From NCBI GenBank assembly GCA_036787535.1, contig DAIQPD010000003.1:51505-115504 (forward strand): a stretch of 64,000 bases of DNA. The letters are read 5' to 3'. This stretch comes from Chryseolinea sp. (GTDB lineage: Bacteria; Bacteroidota; Bacteroidia; Cytophagales; Cyclobacteriaceae). The notes beneath the pieces were generated by a model. The model was not told where the DNA came from, made no database searches, and saw only the letters and a list, made by a program, of their open reading frames with translations. Made by a program: the position numbers and the translations under genes. This document shows, one piece after another, positions 45,178-54,443 of this stretch; within the stretch, counting starts at the first letter, position 1, and the number at the start of each line of letters is the position of its first letter.

Positions 45178-46656
45178 ATGAAAAATTTTGGGTCACTTTT
45201 CTTAGCTGCTGTATTGGGTAGCGTTTTTACATTTGCTGCTTTTCATTATTTAGACAAAAAAGAAAATGGTGTAAAGCTTGAATATGTTTCGGGCGCACCC
45301 GCCACCAATGTTGCCTATTCTCTAAATGAAAACGGACAAGCTGTGCCGCTTGATTTTACTGGTGCAGCTGAGAAAGTTATGCCGGCCGTGGTTTACATAC
45401 AATCCACTCTAGATGGCAGAAGAGGCGAAGAGCAAGTACAATCAAATGATTTATTTAAACAGTTCTTCGGACCCCAGATTCCTCAAGGCCCACAACAAAG
45501 TTCGGGTTCAGGGGTAATTATAAATGCAGGGGGATATATTGTTACCAACAATCATGTTGTGAAAGATGCCGATGTGGTTGAGGTTACATTGCATGATAAC
45601 AGAACCTTTACAGCAGAAGTGATTGGCACTGATCCTGACACTGATCTTGCAGTGGTAAAAATTAATGCAAAGGATTTGCCGTATTTACCTTTTGTTGACT
45701 CCGATCAATCAAAAGTGGGTGAGTGGGTTTTGGCTGTTGGCAATCCATTCAATTTAACTTCCACCGTAACTGCTGGTATCATCAGTGCAAAAGGAAGAAG
45801 CATTAACATTTTAAATCGCAATACACAAGGAGGTAACACCGCGATCGAATCATTTATTCAAACCGATGCTGCCATCAATCCTGGAAACAGTGGGGGTGCA
45901 TTGGTAAATCTGAATGGTGGATTGCTTGGCATTAACACTGCGATTGCAAGCCCTACAGGTTCCTATTCAGGTTATGGTTTTGCCGTACCTTCCAACATTG
46001 TAAATAAAATTGTAGAAGACTTAATTAAGTTCGGTGCTGTACAGCGCGGATGGTTAGGTGTTAGTATCCAAAACGTGAATAGCACCTTAGTGAAAGAGCA
46101 AAACCTGGCAGTTAATGAAGGTGCCTACATTGGCGGCTTTGCCGAAAAGAGCTCTGCCAAAGATGCCGGCCTTAAGGAGGGTGACGTGATTATTAAAATT
46201 GATGAGGCTACCATCAAAACCAACACCGCTTTAACGGAAGCCATTGGTCGACACCGTCCGGGTGATAAGGTAAATGTTGTTGTGAACAGAAAAGGTAAAG
46301 AATTGAATATTCCCGTTACCTTAAAAAGCCGTGATGGAAAAACGGGGTTAATAAAACCAGAAGAAAAAAATGCCTTTACTTCGCTGGGATTAGATTTAGA
46401 AGAGGTAGATGGAAAAGTGCTAAAAAAGTTAGATATTGACCACGGTGTTCGGGTAAAAGATCTTGGAAATGGCAAGCCAGCGAAGTACACGGAGATGCGG
46501 GAAGGCTTCATCATTACAAAAGTGAACGATGAACCCATTCGAAACGTTAATGATTTTACTGAATTACTAAAGAAAAAGAAACAAGGTGATTTAATTATTC
46601 TCTCAGGTGTGTATGAAGATTTCCCAAGAGAATTTAACTATGCTTTCAGGATGTAA
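45178..46656 (+). CDS. Do/HtrA family serine endopeptidase with two PDZ domains
   Basis: 492 aa. Catalytic triad contexts TNNHVV, DTDLAVVK, GNSGGAL. Confidence 0.92.
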   Translation: MKNFGSLFLAAVLGSVFTFAAFHYLDKKENGVKLEYVSGAPATNVAYSLNENGQAVPLDFTGAAEKVMPAVVYIQSTLDGRRGEEQVQSNDLFKQFFGPQIPQGPQQSSGSGVIINAGGYIVTNNHVVKDADVVEVTLHDNRTFTAEVIGTDPDTDLAVVKINAKDLPYLPFVDSDQSKVGEWVLAVGNPFNLTSTVTAGIISAKGRSINILNRNTQGGNTAIESFIQTDAAINPGNSGGALVNLNGGLLGINTAIASPTGSYSGYGFAVPSNIVNKIVEDLIKFGAVQRGWLGVSIQNVNSTLVKEQNLAVNEGAYIGGFAEKSSAKDAGLKEGDVIIKIDEATIKTNTALTEAIGRHRPGDKVNVVVNRKGKELNIPVTLKSRDGKTGLIKPEEKNAFTSLGLDLEEVDGKVLKKLDIDHGVRVKDLGNGKPAKYTEMREGFIITKVNDEPIRNVNDFTELLKKKKQGDLIILSGVYEDFPREFNYAFRM

Positions 46657-46675
46657 TAAATTCATAAATTAAACT

Positions 46676-46849
46676 ATGAGGCGATTGTTTAGAAAAGGCG
46701 AGCGTGTACGCAGCAAGATTGATGGAAAAGTGATGGAGGTTTTAAAGTACATCAAAAACAATTTTGTAGAAGTGAAATCATTTGATCTCGAAAAGAAAGA
46801 GATCACGATTGACAAAATAAAAGAAAACAAGCTTTCCCGGGCTGCCTGA
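46676..46849 (+). CDS. possible 57-aa small protein
   Basis: MRRLFRKGERVRSKIDGKVMEVLKYIKNNFVEVKSFDLEKKEITIDKIKENKLSRAA. Starts 20 nt after the htrA stop. Below the ORF-track cutoff. Confidence 0.4.
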   Translation: MRRLFRKGERVRSKIDGKVMEVLKYIKNNFVEVKSFDLEKKEITIDKIKENKLSRAA

Positions 46850-46877
46850 GATTGAGGTTAATCTTAATCGTACTGCA

Positions 46878-46899
46878 CGATTAACGGATAACGATTAAC
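46878..46899. repeat. TTAACGGATAAC-word element
   Basis: CGATTAACGGATAACGATTAAC. An exact copy of the 12-mer found at 37172-37183 and, as its reverse complement, at 37116-37127. Confidence 0.7.
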
Positions 46900-46917
46900 T
46901 TTTTCAAGGAACAGTAC

Positions 46918-46925
46918 TAACTTTG
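46918..46925 (+). promoter_or_regulatory. candidate Bacteroidota -7 box (TAACTTTG) upstream of ispH
   Basis: Matches TAnnTTTG. Confidence 0.35.
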
Positions 46926-47055
46926 AGGTTAGTTAAAATACCGTATTATCAAAAAATTCGAAATCCCTGCCTATTACCGGTCGGCCATTACCGGAAAAAT
47001 AAAAGAATCGCGAAGAGTTAAGGATCTGCGCAAGCAGGATTTTACTCCTACCTTA

Positions 47056-48165
47056 TTGGATTTTGGTTCCGTTCAATTTTTCATCGCACGCCATTTTGGT
47101 TTTTGTTACGGTGTAGAAAACGCCATTGAAATAAGTTATAAAGCCCTAGAAGAAAATCCGGATAAACGTGTGTTTCTGTTAAGTCAGATGATTCACAATC
47201 AGGAAGTGAATCAGGATCTTCAGAGTCGCGGCATTCAGTTTATTATGGATACTGATGGAACACAATTTATTCCCTGGGGCGAACTCACAAAAGAAGATGT
47301 TGTTATTATTCCCGCCTTTGGCACTACACTGGAAATTGAACATCTCTTATTAGATAAAGAAATTGAAGTTCAAAAATATAATACTACTTGTCCGTTTGTT
47401 GAAAAGGTTTGGAACCGTTCTGAAAAATTAGGTACAGATGATTTTACGGTGATCATTCACGGCAAACCGAAACATGAAGAAACGCGCGCAACGTTTTCAC
47501 ATAGTTCAAAAGGAGCTCCATCGATAATTGTTCGCGATATTAACGATGCTCATCGACTTGGTGAATACATTAGTGGAAAGAAATCCGGTAATGATTTTCT
47601 TAAAGACTTTGCAGGTCAGTACTCCGAAAATTTTGATCCAACAAAAAACCTTAAACGCGTTGGTGTTGTAAATCAAACCACCATGCTCGCGACTGAGACA
47701 CAAGCCATCGCAGATTATTTTAAGCAATTGATGATTGCGCTATTTGGATCAGAAGAAATTAAAAATCATTTTGCTGATACACGTGATACGTTGTGTTACG
47801 CTACAAACGACAATCAGGATGCTACCTATCAACTTTTAGAAACCGATGCCGATTTGGCAATCGTAGTAGGGGGATATAATAGTTCGAATACCTCTCACTT
47901 AGTAGAACTCTGCGAACGAAAGTTTCCTACCTATTTTATTAATTCAGAAAACGAGATTTTTTCAAACAAAGAGATTCAACACTTCGATTATCACAAGCGG
48001 GAAAAAATCCGCACAGAGAATTATCTGCCTGTAAAAAATCCAACAAAAATTATCCTCACAAGTGGAGCATCCTGCCCCGATACATTAGTGGACCGGGTGT
48101 TGCTCCGACTGTTGGATTTCTTTGAAGACTCTAAAAAGATCGAAGATCTATTGAAGGAGTTCTAA
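47056..48165 (+). CDS. ispH: 4-hydroxy-3-methylbut-2-enyl diphosphate reductase
   Basis: 369 aa from the TTG. GFCYGVENAIE first-Cys motif, NTTCPFV second Cys, SGASCPD third Cys. The frame is open upstream to 46933 (see findings). Confidence 0.9.
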   Translation: MDFGSVQFFIARHFGFCYGVENAIEISYKALEENPDKRVFLLSQMIHNQEVNQDLQSRGIQFIMDTDGTQFIPWGELTKEDVVIIPAFGTTLEIEHLLLDKEIEVQKYNTTCPFVEKVWNRSEKLGTDDFTVIIHGKPKHEETRATFSHSSKGAPSIIVRDINDAHRLGEYISGKKSGNDFLKDFAGQYSENFDPTKNLKRVGVVNQTTMLATETQAIADYFKQLMIALFGSEEIKNHFADTRDTLCYATNDNQDATYQLLETDADLAIVVGGYNSSNTSHLVELCERKFPTYFINSENEIFSNKEIQHFDYHKREKIRTENYLPVKNPTKIILTSGASCPDTLVDRVLLRLLDFFEDSKKIEDLLKEF

Positions 48166-48180
48166 ACTTGAGGGATCAAA

Positions 48181-48399
48181 TCAGGCTTTTGCCTTTTTCT
48201 TGCCGTCATCAACTTTTTTGCCGCTTTTGTGCTCACCAAGAATAATTACATCCTTAGTGTTCTCATATTGTTTAGCAGCCTGCATCATAGCTTCATGTGT
48301 GTCGCGGATAACGATTATGCCTGCTTTTGCGCCTTTATTACGCAATTCGAGATAAAAACCATCTTTCTTTTTCTTCGGTAATATTGGGGGTCTTCCCAT
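48181..48399 (-). CDS. hypothetical small basic protein
   Basis: 72 aa with Lys-rich termini. No family recognised. Confidence 0.5.
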   Translation of the reverse strand: MGRPPILPKKKKDGFYLELRNKGAKAGIIVIRDTHEAMMQAAKQYENTKDVIILGEHKSGKKVDDGKKKAKA

Positions 48400-48817
48400 G
48401 GTTGTGTGTTTTTTAAGTTAAAATCGCCCTTTTGACATGCTGGTTGAATAGTAACAGTCAAAGGCCCTAAATCGTTTCAGGGCGCAAGATCGCTAAATCT
48501 TTTGACTTCGCTTCCTGTTTTTTTTGAAAGGTCGGAATAAGTGCTTAAATGCAAGCATTTGAAAAGTGAATCTGATTTCTTCAGAATAACATATTGAGTT
48601 TTTATAAAATCACCATGGAAGATTTTCAACTCCAAACTTGTTACTGGTTTGATGTGCGTTTACCCATAGAAGAATACCTGATTCGCTCTTTGCTGAGACA
48701 CTTGTATCAAGACCCATTCATTGGTGAAGTTGTTCATGCGCAATTAAAATCAACAATACCTTTCTGATCACCATCCAAATCGAGCCGTTGCATATCTTGC
48801 ACATCTGATTAACATCA

Positions 48818-50854
48818 ATGAAAAATCTATCCCTCACTTTCTTTGCCTGTCTGTTATTCATAACTTCAATAAATGCACAAGAGTTGTTGATTGATTCTAC
48901 TAAGCAACTCGATGAAGTTGTTATTAGTGCTTATCAATATAATCGTCCGATATCAGAAGTGCCGCTCGCGATTGGTTTAGTGGGGGAAAAAGAACTTCAA
49001 CGTTTTGGCGCTTCTTCATTTGTACCTGTTATTAATTCTATTCCTGGCGTTCGCATGGAAGAAAGATCGCCTGGAAGTTATCGCCTCTCTATTCGTGGAA
49101 GTACACTTCGTTCGCCCTTCGGTGTGCGCAATGTAAAAGTGTATTGGAATGACTTGCCGTTTACTGATCCTGGAGGTAATACCTATCTCAATCTTTTAGA
49201 CTTCAGCTCACTTCAACAAATTGAAATTGCCAAAGGACCTGGCGCAAGTTTATACGGAGCCGGGACAGGTGGCGTAATGTTGATGAAAAATTCCGCTCTG
49301 AAAAAAAACAGCGTTGAGGCTTCAGCTATTGCTGGGAGTTTTGGATTGTTTCGCTACAGTCTGCAAGGTAATGCGCATTCCGATGGAGCTGACATTCGTC
49401 TGATGTATGCACATCAACAAGCTGATGGATATCGTGATCAAACAAAAATGACAAGAGATGTTTTGCAAGGGGAAATCAATTTTGATGGAAGCAAGAAAAG
49501 CGCTATAGCTGTTAACTTTTTATACGCTGATTTGTTCTATCAAACACCCGGTGGATTAACAAAGGCTCAATATGATACTCTTCCAACGCAAGCCAGACTA
49601 ACACCAAGCGCAATTGATAAAAAGGCAGCGGTCTATAACAAAACATTTTACACCGGCTTTAATCATACCTATGATTGGAATGAAAAATGGTCAACTAAGA
49701 CGGGTTTGTATGGATCGTTCACCCAGTTTGAAAATCCTACAACACGTAACTATGAACGAAGAGCGGAGCAAGGCTTAGGTGGAAGAACAAATACAAGTTA
49801 TCAATTTGCAAAGGGGAAATTAAATTTCGGAGCAGAATACCAACATGGATTTTCTCCAATTAAAGTATATGCAAATAATCAAGGTCAACCCGGTGCATTT
49901 CAAAATGATGATGAGTTATCAACGACTTCCTACTTTATTTTCGCGCAAAGTGAATTCTATTTGCCGCGTCAATTCTTTCTTACGCTTGGAGCAAGTGTAA
50001 ATAAATCGGATGTAAAATTCACACGACTCTCTGATGTCCCAAACGTAAACGATGAACGGAATTTTGATGCTGTGTTTTCTCCCCGTATTGCCTTACTCAA
50101 AAAACTAAACACAAACTTTTCAGTCTATGGAACATTCTCCCAAGGATATTCTCCACCAACATTGGAAGAGCTTTATCCTTCGAATGTTGTTTTCAATCAA
50201 CAATTAAATCCTGAAAAAGGAAATAATATTGAATTTGGCTTTCGCGGAAATTTGCTAAACAATCAACTTACGTTTGATGTAGCGGCTTACGACTTCAATC
50301 TTAAAGAGACAATTGTAATTCGAAGAGAAGCTGATGGTGCAGAATATTTTGTAAATGCCGGAAGTACTATTCAGAAAGGATTAGAAATTCAACTTGCATG
50401 GATGCCTCAACTCGCTGAGAATTCTCTTCTTTCCAATTTCAAACTATGGACAGGCATTACCTTAAATGATTATCAGTTTAAAGATTATACTAAAGATACA
50501 ATTAGTTATGCAGGTAACGGATTAACAGGAGTAGCTCCTGGTATTTATGTTGCTGGTCTTGATTTATCTTTTCGATTTGGAGTCTATACTAACATCACTT
50601 TCAATCACACCGCGGCCATTCCTTTGGATGATGCCAACACCGATTATGCAAATGCCTACAACTTATTAGGAGGACGACTGGGTTATCGAAAAACGTGGAA
50701 TAAATTCTCTCTTGATCTTTTTGTTGGCGTTGATAATGCACTCGATGAAAAATATAGTTTAGGTAACGACTTAAATGCAATAGGTAAACGCTATTACAAT
50801 GCTGCACCAACCATCAATTATTATAGCGGGGTGAGGATTGGCTTTGCGAAATGA
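48818..50854 (+). CDS. TonB-dependent receptor (plug + 22-strand-size barrel, no CarboxypepD_reg domain)
   Basis: 678 aa with signal peptide. Plug motifs (IPGVRMEERSPGSYRLSIRG, IEIAKGPGASLYG). Confidence 0.88.
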   Translation: MKNLSLTFFACLLFITSINAQELLIDSTKQLDEVVISAYQYNRPISEVPLAIGLVGEKELQRFGASSFVPVINSIPGVRMEERSPGSYRLSIRGSTLRSPFGVRNVKVYWNDLPFTDPGGNTYLNLLDFSSLQQIEIAKGPGASLYGAGTGGVMLMKNSALKKNSVEASAIAGSFGLFRYSLQGNAHSDGADIRLMYAHQQADGYRDQTKMTRDVLQGEINFDGSKKSAIAVNFLYADLFYQTPGGLTKAQYDTLPTQARLTPSAIDKKAAVYNKTFYTGFNHTYDWNEKWSTKTGLYGSFTQFENPTTRNYERRAEQGLGGRTNTSYQFAKGKLNFGAEYQHGFSPIKVYANNQGQPGAFQNDDELSTTSYFIFAQSEFYLPRQFFLTLGASVNKSDVKFTRLSDVPNVNDERNFDAVFSPRIALLKKLNTNFSVYGTFSQGYSPPTLEELYPSNVVFNQQLNPEKGNNIEFGFRGNLLNNQLTFDVAAYDFNLKETIVIRREADGAEYFVNAGSTIQKGLEIQLAWMPQLAENSLLSNFKLWTGITLNDYQFKDYTKDTISYAGNGLTGVAPGIYVAGLDLSFRFGVYTNITFNHTAAIPLDDANTDYANAYNLLGGRLGYRKTWNKFSLDLFVGVDNALDEKYSLGNDLNAIGKRYYNAAPTINYYSGVRIGFAK

Positions 50855-50863
50855 TCTAGAAGT

Positions 50864-51463
50864 CTAGAGTTTTGAAGTTGATTTCCACTTCAACGTATTA
50901 ATCAAGTGCATAATGTCTTTCTTCATATAATCAATTGCAGGCGCCAGAGAATCGTTGGCAACTTTTGTGTCAAAGTACAATGCACCGCGAAGAAAGTTTT
51001 TAGATGAGTCCGTCATGGTAAATTGAAACTGACTTGGCACTTCACCTTCTAACTCGGCAATCACTGCTGTCTTACCACTAGGTGTTGTGGTGATCACTTC
51101 ATTAATGGCATAGGCTTTAATCTGGTGCTTGGCAGTCAATGTGTAAGAGTCATCACTATATTCCTGCAGCAACTTTTTACTTCCCTTCAGATCATGATAG
51201 GTAACGTGTATGTTGGCTTTTAACGCTGGATAATATAATTCAATCCAAAATCTTTCATTGATGCGCGATGTGTCGCGCAAAAGTTTTGCATGTTTAGAGT
51301 ATTCAAAAGAATAGGGAAGCGAATCGGGTAATGATTGATAAACCGGTTCAGGTAAAATCAATCTGTTATAACCAAGCGGCTTAGGTAGATAATCGCGCGA
51401 ACAAGATGCAACGATTACAAGCGTAATAATGAAAATTGTTCGCAGGCGATTATCCATAAGCAA
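50864..51463 (-). CDS. gldD: gliding motility lipoprotein GldD-like
   Basis: 199 aa. Lipobox VASCS followed by [17 protein letters not shown] as I recall for GldD. Position next to ssb and mutY matches Flavobacterium johnsoniae. Confidence 0.6.
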   Translation of the reverse strand: MLMDNRLRTIFIITLVIVASCSRDYLPKPLGYNRLILPEPVYQSLPDSLPYSFEYSKHAKLLRDTSRINERFWIELYYPALKANIHVTYHDLKGSKKLLQEYSDDSYTLTAKHQIKAYAINEVITTTPSGKTAVIAELEGEVPSQFQFTMTDSSKNFLRGALYFDTKVANDSLAPAIDYMKKDIMHLINTLKWKSTSKL

Positions 51464-51514
51464 TAGACTTTGAGCAATGCTCAGTAGTCGCGCAATAAAT
51501 TTGTGATTGAAAAA

Positions 51515-51955
51515 CTAGAAAGGTAAATCGTCTGTAGACGAATGCATTGGAGGAGTTGAATTACTAGACTCCGCCATTGGTCTTTCCTGAGAATATTCAG
51601 AACTTACAGAACTCCCTCCTCCACCTTTGGGTGTTAACATAGTCATGTTGTCGCCAATCACTTCAGTTGTGTAGCGCGTAATTCCATCCTTCTCCCATGA
51701 GCGCGTGCGCATCTTTCCTTCTATATAAAGCATGTCTCCTTTGTGAACATACTTTTGTGTGATCTCAGCCAGTCCGCGCCACAGCACAATGTTATGCCAG
51801 TCGGTGATTTCTTTTTTCTCACCAGTGGTTTTGTCCTTATACGTTTCAGAGGTAGCAAGGCTAAAGTTTGCAACGCTTGCTCCATTTTCTAGATTTCTCA
51901 CTTCCGGTTCTTTTCCGACACGGCCAACGAGTATTACTTTGTTTACACCTGACAT
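51515..51955 (-). CDS. ssb: single-stranded DNA-binding protein
   Basis: 146 aa. OB-fold N-terminus (NKVILVGRVGKEPE), Gly/Ser-rich linker, acidic tail DDLPF. Confidence 0.95.
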   Translation of the reverse strand: MSGVNKVILVGRVGKEPEVRNLENGASVANFSLATSETYKDKTTGEKKEITDWHNIVLWRGLAEITQKYVHKGDMLYIEGKMRTRSWEKDGITRYTTEVIGDNMTMLTPKGGGGSSVSSEYSQERPMAESSNSTPPMHSSTDDLPF

Positions 51956-52022
51956 AACTTTTAGATTTTAGATTAAAAATTTATTTCTGAATTCCGTTTC
52001 AAAATTACCATTCCTAGTTCAA

Positions 52023-53075
52023 CTATAAAAGGTGATGATCATGCAGAAAACGACTAATCAAAACCGGTTTTGGCAATTCTGCCATTTGCTTGGGTGAATA
52101 GAACTTTAATTTCCTTTTCATCCCTGAAGAAATTTCATCAAATGGTAAAATGACAAATTTAGCTGTGATTATCTGATGACTCAAAACGTGTTTATAGCTC
52201 TCCGAAATTTCGGGCTTCGATTTCCGGGCCGACCATTTCACATCCTCACTCAAAATCGTTTCAATCTTAACAGCTCGTTTTTTCTCAATTAAAGGAAAGT
52301 CATACAATCCATGCCAGATGCCTTTTTGATCGCGGAGGGTCATGGCCAACGATTTTCCTTTTTGAACTACGAGGTAATAGAAGAATCTTTTTTGCGATGC
52401 TTTTGATTTTACCTTGACGGGAAGATCACTCACAACATTCTTCTGAAAAGCAAAGCATGTGCTTTTAAAGATACATTCCTCGCAGAGTGGGTTCTTTGGT
52501 GTGCAGTAAGTCGCACCAAACTCCATCATCGCCTGATTATGTAAATCAGGGTTTATCTGACTGATCAGCTCATTAGCGACCTGGGTAAAGTGTTTTTTTC
52601 CTTCCGGTCGATTGATTTCCAAATCAATTCCAAAAACGCGTGACAATACCCTGAATACATTTCCATCAACAACAGCCACTGACTCTTTATAAGAAAAGGA
52701 CGCAATGGCAGCTGCTGTGTACTCTCCAATTCCTGGAAGCTTAAGCAGTTCAGAATATGTTTTAGGAAAGGCTCCATTATATAGACGCACCACTTCTTTA
52801 GCACACTTATGCAAATTCCTCGCACGTGTATAATAACCCAGTCCTTGCCACAATCTCAGCACCTCTTGCTCTGAGGCTGCTGCCAATTCTGCTACACCAG
52901 GAAATTTTTCAACGAACTTTAAATAATAAGGTAAGCCTTGAATAACACGCGTTTGCTGAAGGATAATCTCTGACAACCAGATTTTATAGGGGTCTTTGGT
53001 CTCTCTCCAGGGAAGCTCGCGTTTGTTCAATTGGTACCACTCAGCGACTTTATCAGAGAAATATCGTTTATCCAT
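52023..53075 (-). CDS. mutY: A/G-specific adenine DNA glycosylase
   Basis: 350 aa. HhH-GPD motif (LPGIGEYTAAAI), 4Fe-4S cluster CTPKNPLCEECIFKSTC, C-terminal NUDIX-like domain. Confidence 0.92.
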   Translation of the reverse strand: MDKRYFSDKVAEWYQLNKRELPWRETKDPYKIWLSEIILQQTRVIQGLPYYLKFVEKFPGVAELAAASEQEVLRLWQGLGYYTRARNLHKCAKEVVRLYNGAFPKTYSELLKLPGIGEYTAAAIASFSYKESVAVVDGNVFRVLSRVFGIDLEINRPEGKKHFTQVANELISQINPDLHNQAMMEFGATYCTPKNPLCEECIFKSTCFAFQKNVVSDLPVKVKSKASQKRFFYYLVVQKGKSLAMTLRDQKGIWHGLYDFPLIEKKRAVKIETILSEDVKWSARKSKPEISESYKHVLSHQIITAKFVILPFDEISSGMKRKLKFYSPKQMAELPKPVLISRFLHDHHLL

Positions 53076-53129
53076 CTACTTGATTATCAGATTTTTTCAA
53101 TATTCATTTTTAATTCTGGATGAGGCACA

Positions 53130-53137
53130 TAAATTTG
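53130..53137 (+). promoter_or_regulatory. candidate -7 box (TAAATTTG) for the HU gene
   Basis: Matches TAnnTTTG, 49 nt before the GTG start. Confidence 0.35.
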
Positions 53138-53185
53138 CGATCCCAATTTTTTACTACCATAAGATTCGACTAAAAAAACAGTACA

Positions 53186-53494
53186 GTGACGAAAGCCGAC
53201 ATTATTAACGAAATCGCAGAAAAGACAGGAGTTGACAAAGCAGATGTTACCGCATCGGTAGAAGCCTTCTTTAGCGTAGTGAAAAACTCCATGGCCAGTG
53301 GCAACAACCTCTATATTCGGGGGTTCGGAAGTTTTATCAACAAGAAGAGAAAGAAGAAAATCGCACGGAACATTTCCAGAAATACCGCATTGGTTATTGA
53401 AGAGCATTACGTGCCGAGCTTTAAGCCTGCTAAGATTTTTGTGAATAAGATCAAGAATAGCGAAAAAGTAAAGCAAACTGCTGATAAATTATAA
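53186..53494 (+). CDS. HU/IHF family DNA-binding protein
   Basis: 102 aa with GTG start. TKADIINEIAEKTG ... IRGFGSF ... ARN motif. Confidence 0.9.
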   Translation: MTKADIINEIAEKTGVDKADVTASVEAFFSVVKNSMASGNNLYIRGFGSFINKKRKKKIARNISRNTALVIEEHYVPSFKPAKIFVNKIKNSEKVKQTADKL

Positions 53495-53555
53495 TCGGTC
53501 TTAACCATCACTTCTTCCAAAATGTTTTGGTGATGGAATCTGCTCTCCTCCTCCC

Positions 53556-54365
53556 ATGCTCAAAAATAGAATCATACTTATTGCAGCAAGTGCTCTTGTC
53601 ATCTGGCTGATTTTTTTACTGCCTAAAGTGGTGGTGGAAAATGACAGCGAAATGGCAGCACAAAACAAAGACTCGGTGCGTCAGCAAACTTCTATGCACA
53701 ACAACGTTCCGGCAGAACTTTCAAAGTCCATTCAAAATCTTCGGGCTCAATTCTCAGCAAGTTCGGAAAATGAAAAAAATGCTATCTTTGCCGACTCTTT
53801 GGCAAAACTGTACCAAAAAGCTGGCAAATATGACAGCGCAGCATGGTTTGAAGAAGAGAAAACGAAGTTCTTTAACACAACTGAAAACTGGATCAAAACG
53901 GGTGACCGCTATTATGAAGCCTATTCTTTTGCTATCGATCAGGACAAGCAAAATCAATTAGCCGAAAAAGCGCAGCAGTTTTACAAAAAGGTATTGGAGG
54001 TAAATCCGAAAAACCTGGATGTAAAAACCAAGATGGCCATGACGTATGTAAGCTCGGCAAACCCGATGCAAGGCATTTTATTGTTACGCGAAGTCATCGC
54101 TACCGATCCAAAAAATGAATTAGCGCTCTTTAACCTGGGCATGCTCTCAATTCAGTCAGGTCAATACGACAAGGCTGTGGAGCGTTTGGAGGAGTTGAAT
54201 GAAATCAATCCCAACAACAGTCAAGGTCAGCTTTTATTAGGAATTGCCTATATGAACACAGGCAAAAAAGCAAAAGCAAGAGAGCAATTTGAAAAAGTGA
54301 AACAGATGGAGAAGGATCCTGCGGTGCAAGCTACAGTCGATTCGTATCTGAAGGATTTAAAATAA
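53556..54365 (+). CDS. tetratricopeptide repeat protein with N-terminal membrane anchor
   Basis: 269 aa. TPR-like repeats (ALFNLGMLSIQSGQYDKAVERLEE etc.). Confidence 0.8.
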   Translation: MLKNRIILIAASALVIWLIFLLPKVVVENDSEMAAQNKDSVRQQTSMHNNVPAELSKSIQNLRAQFSASSENEKNAIFADSLAKLYQKAGKYDSAAWFEEEKTKFFNTTENWIKTGDRYYEAYSFAIDQDKQNQLAEKAQQFYKKVLEVNPKNLDVKTKMAMTYVSSANPMQGILLLREVIATDPKNELALFNLGMLSIQSGQYDKAVERLEELNEINPNNSQGQLLLGIAYMNTGKKAKAREQFEKVKQMEKDPAVQATVDSYLKDLK

Positions 54366-54443
54366 TTGTTCAACAAACTGAAAACTGGAGAAACGCTCTC
54401 AACCAGGAGCAAATCAACAGACTAAGAAAAACCAAAGCATTTT

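Noticed and set aside
48640-48720. Possible TPP riboswitch, because CTGAGA and ACCTGAT words occur upstream of the TonB receptor
   Set aside because: The words are in the wrong order (ACCTGAT precedes CTGAGA) and the flanking THI-box helices are absent. I also found no B12-box-like GCCACTG core, so no riboswitch is claimed.
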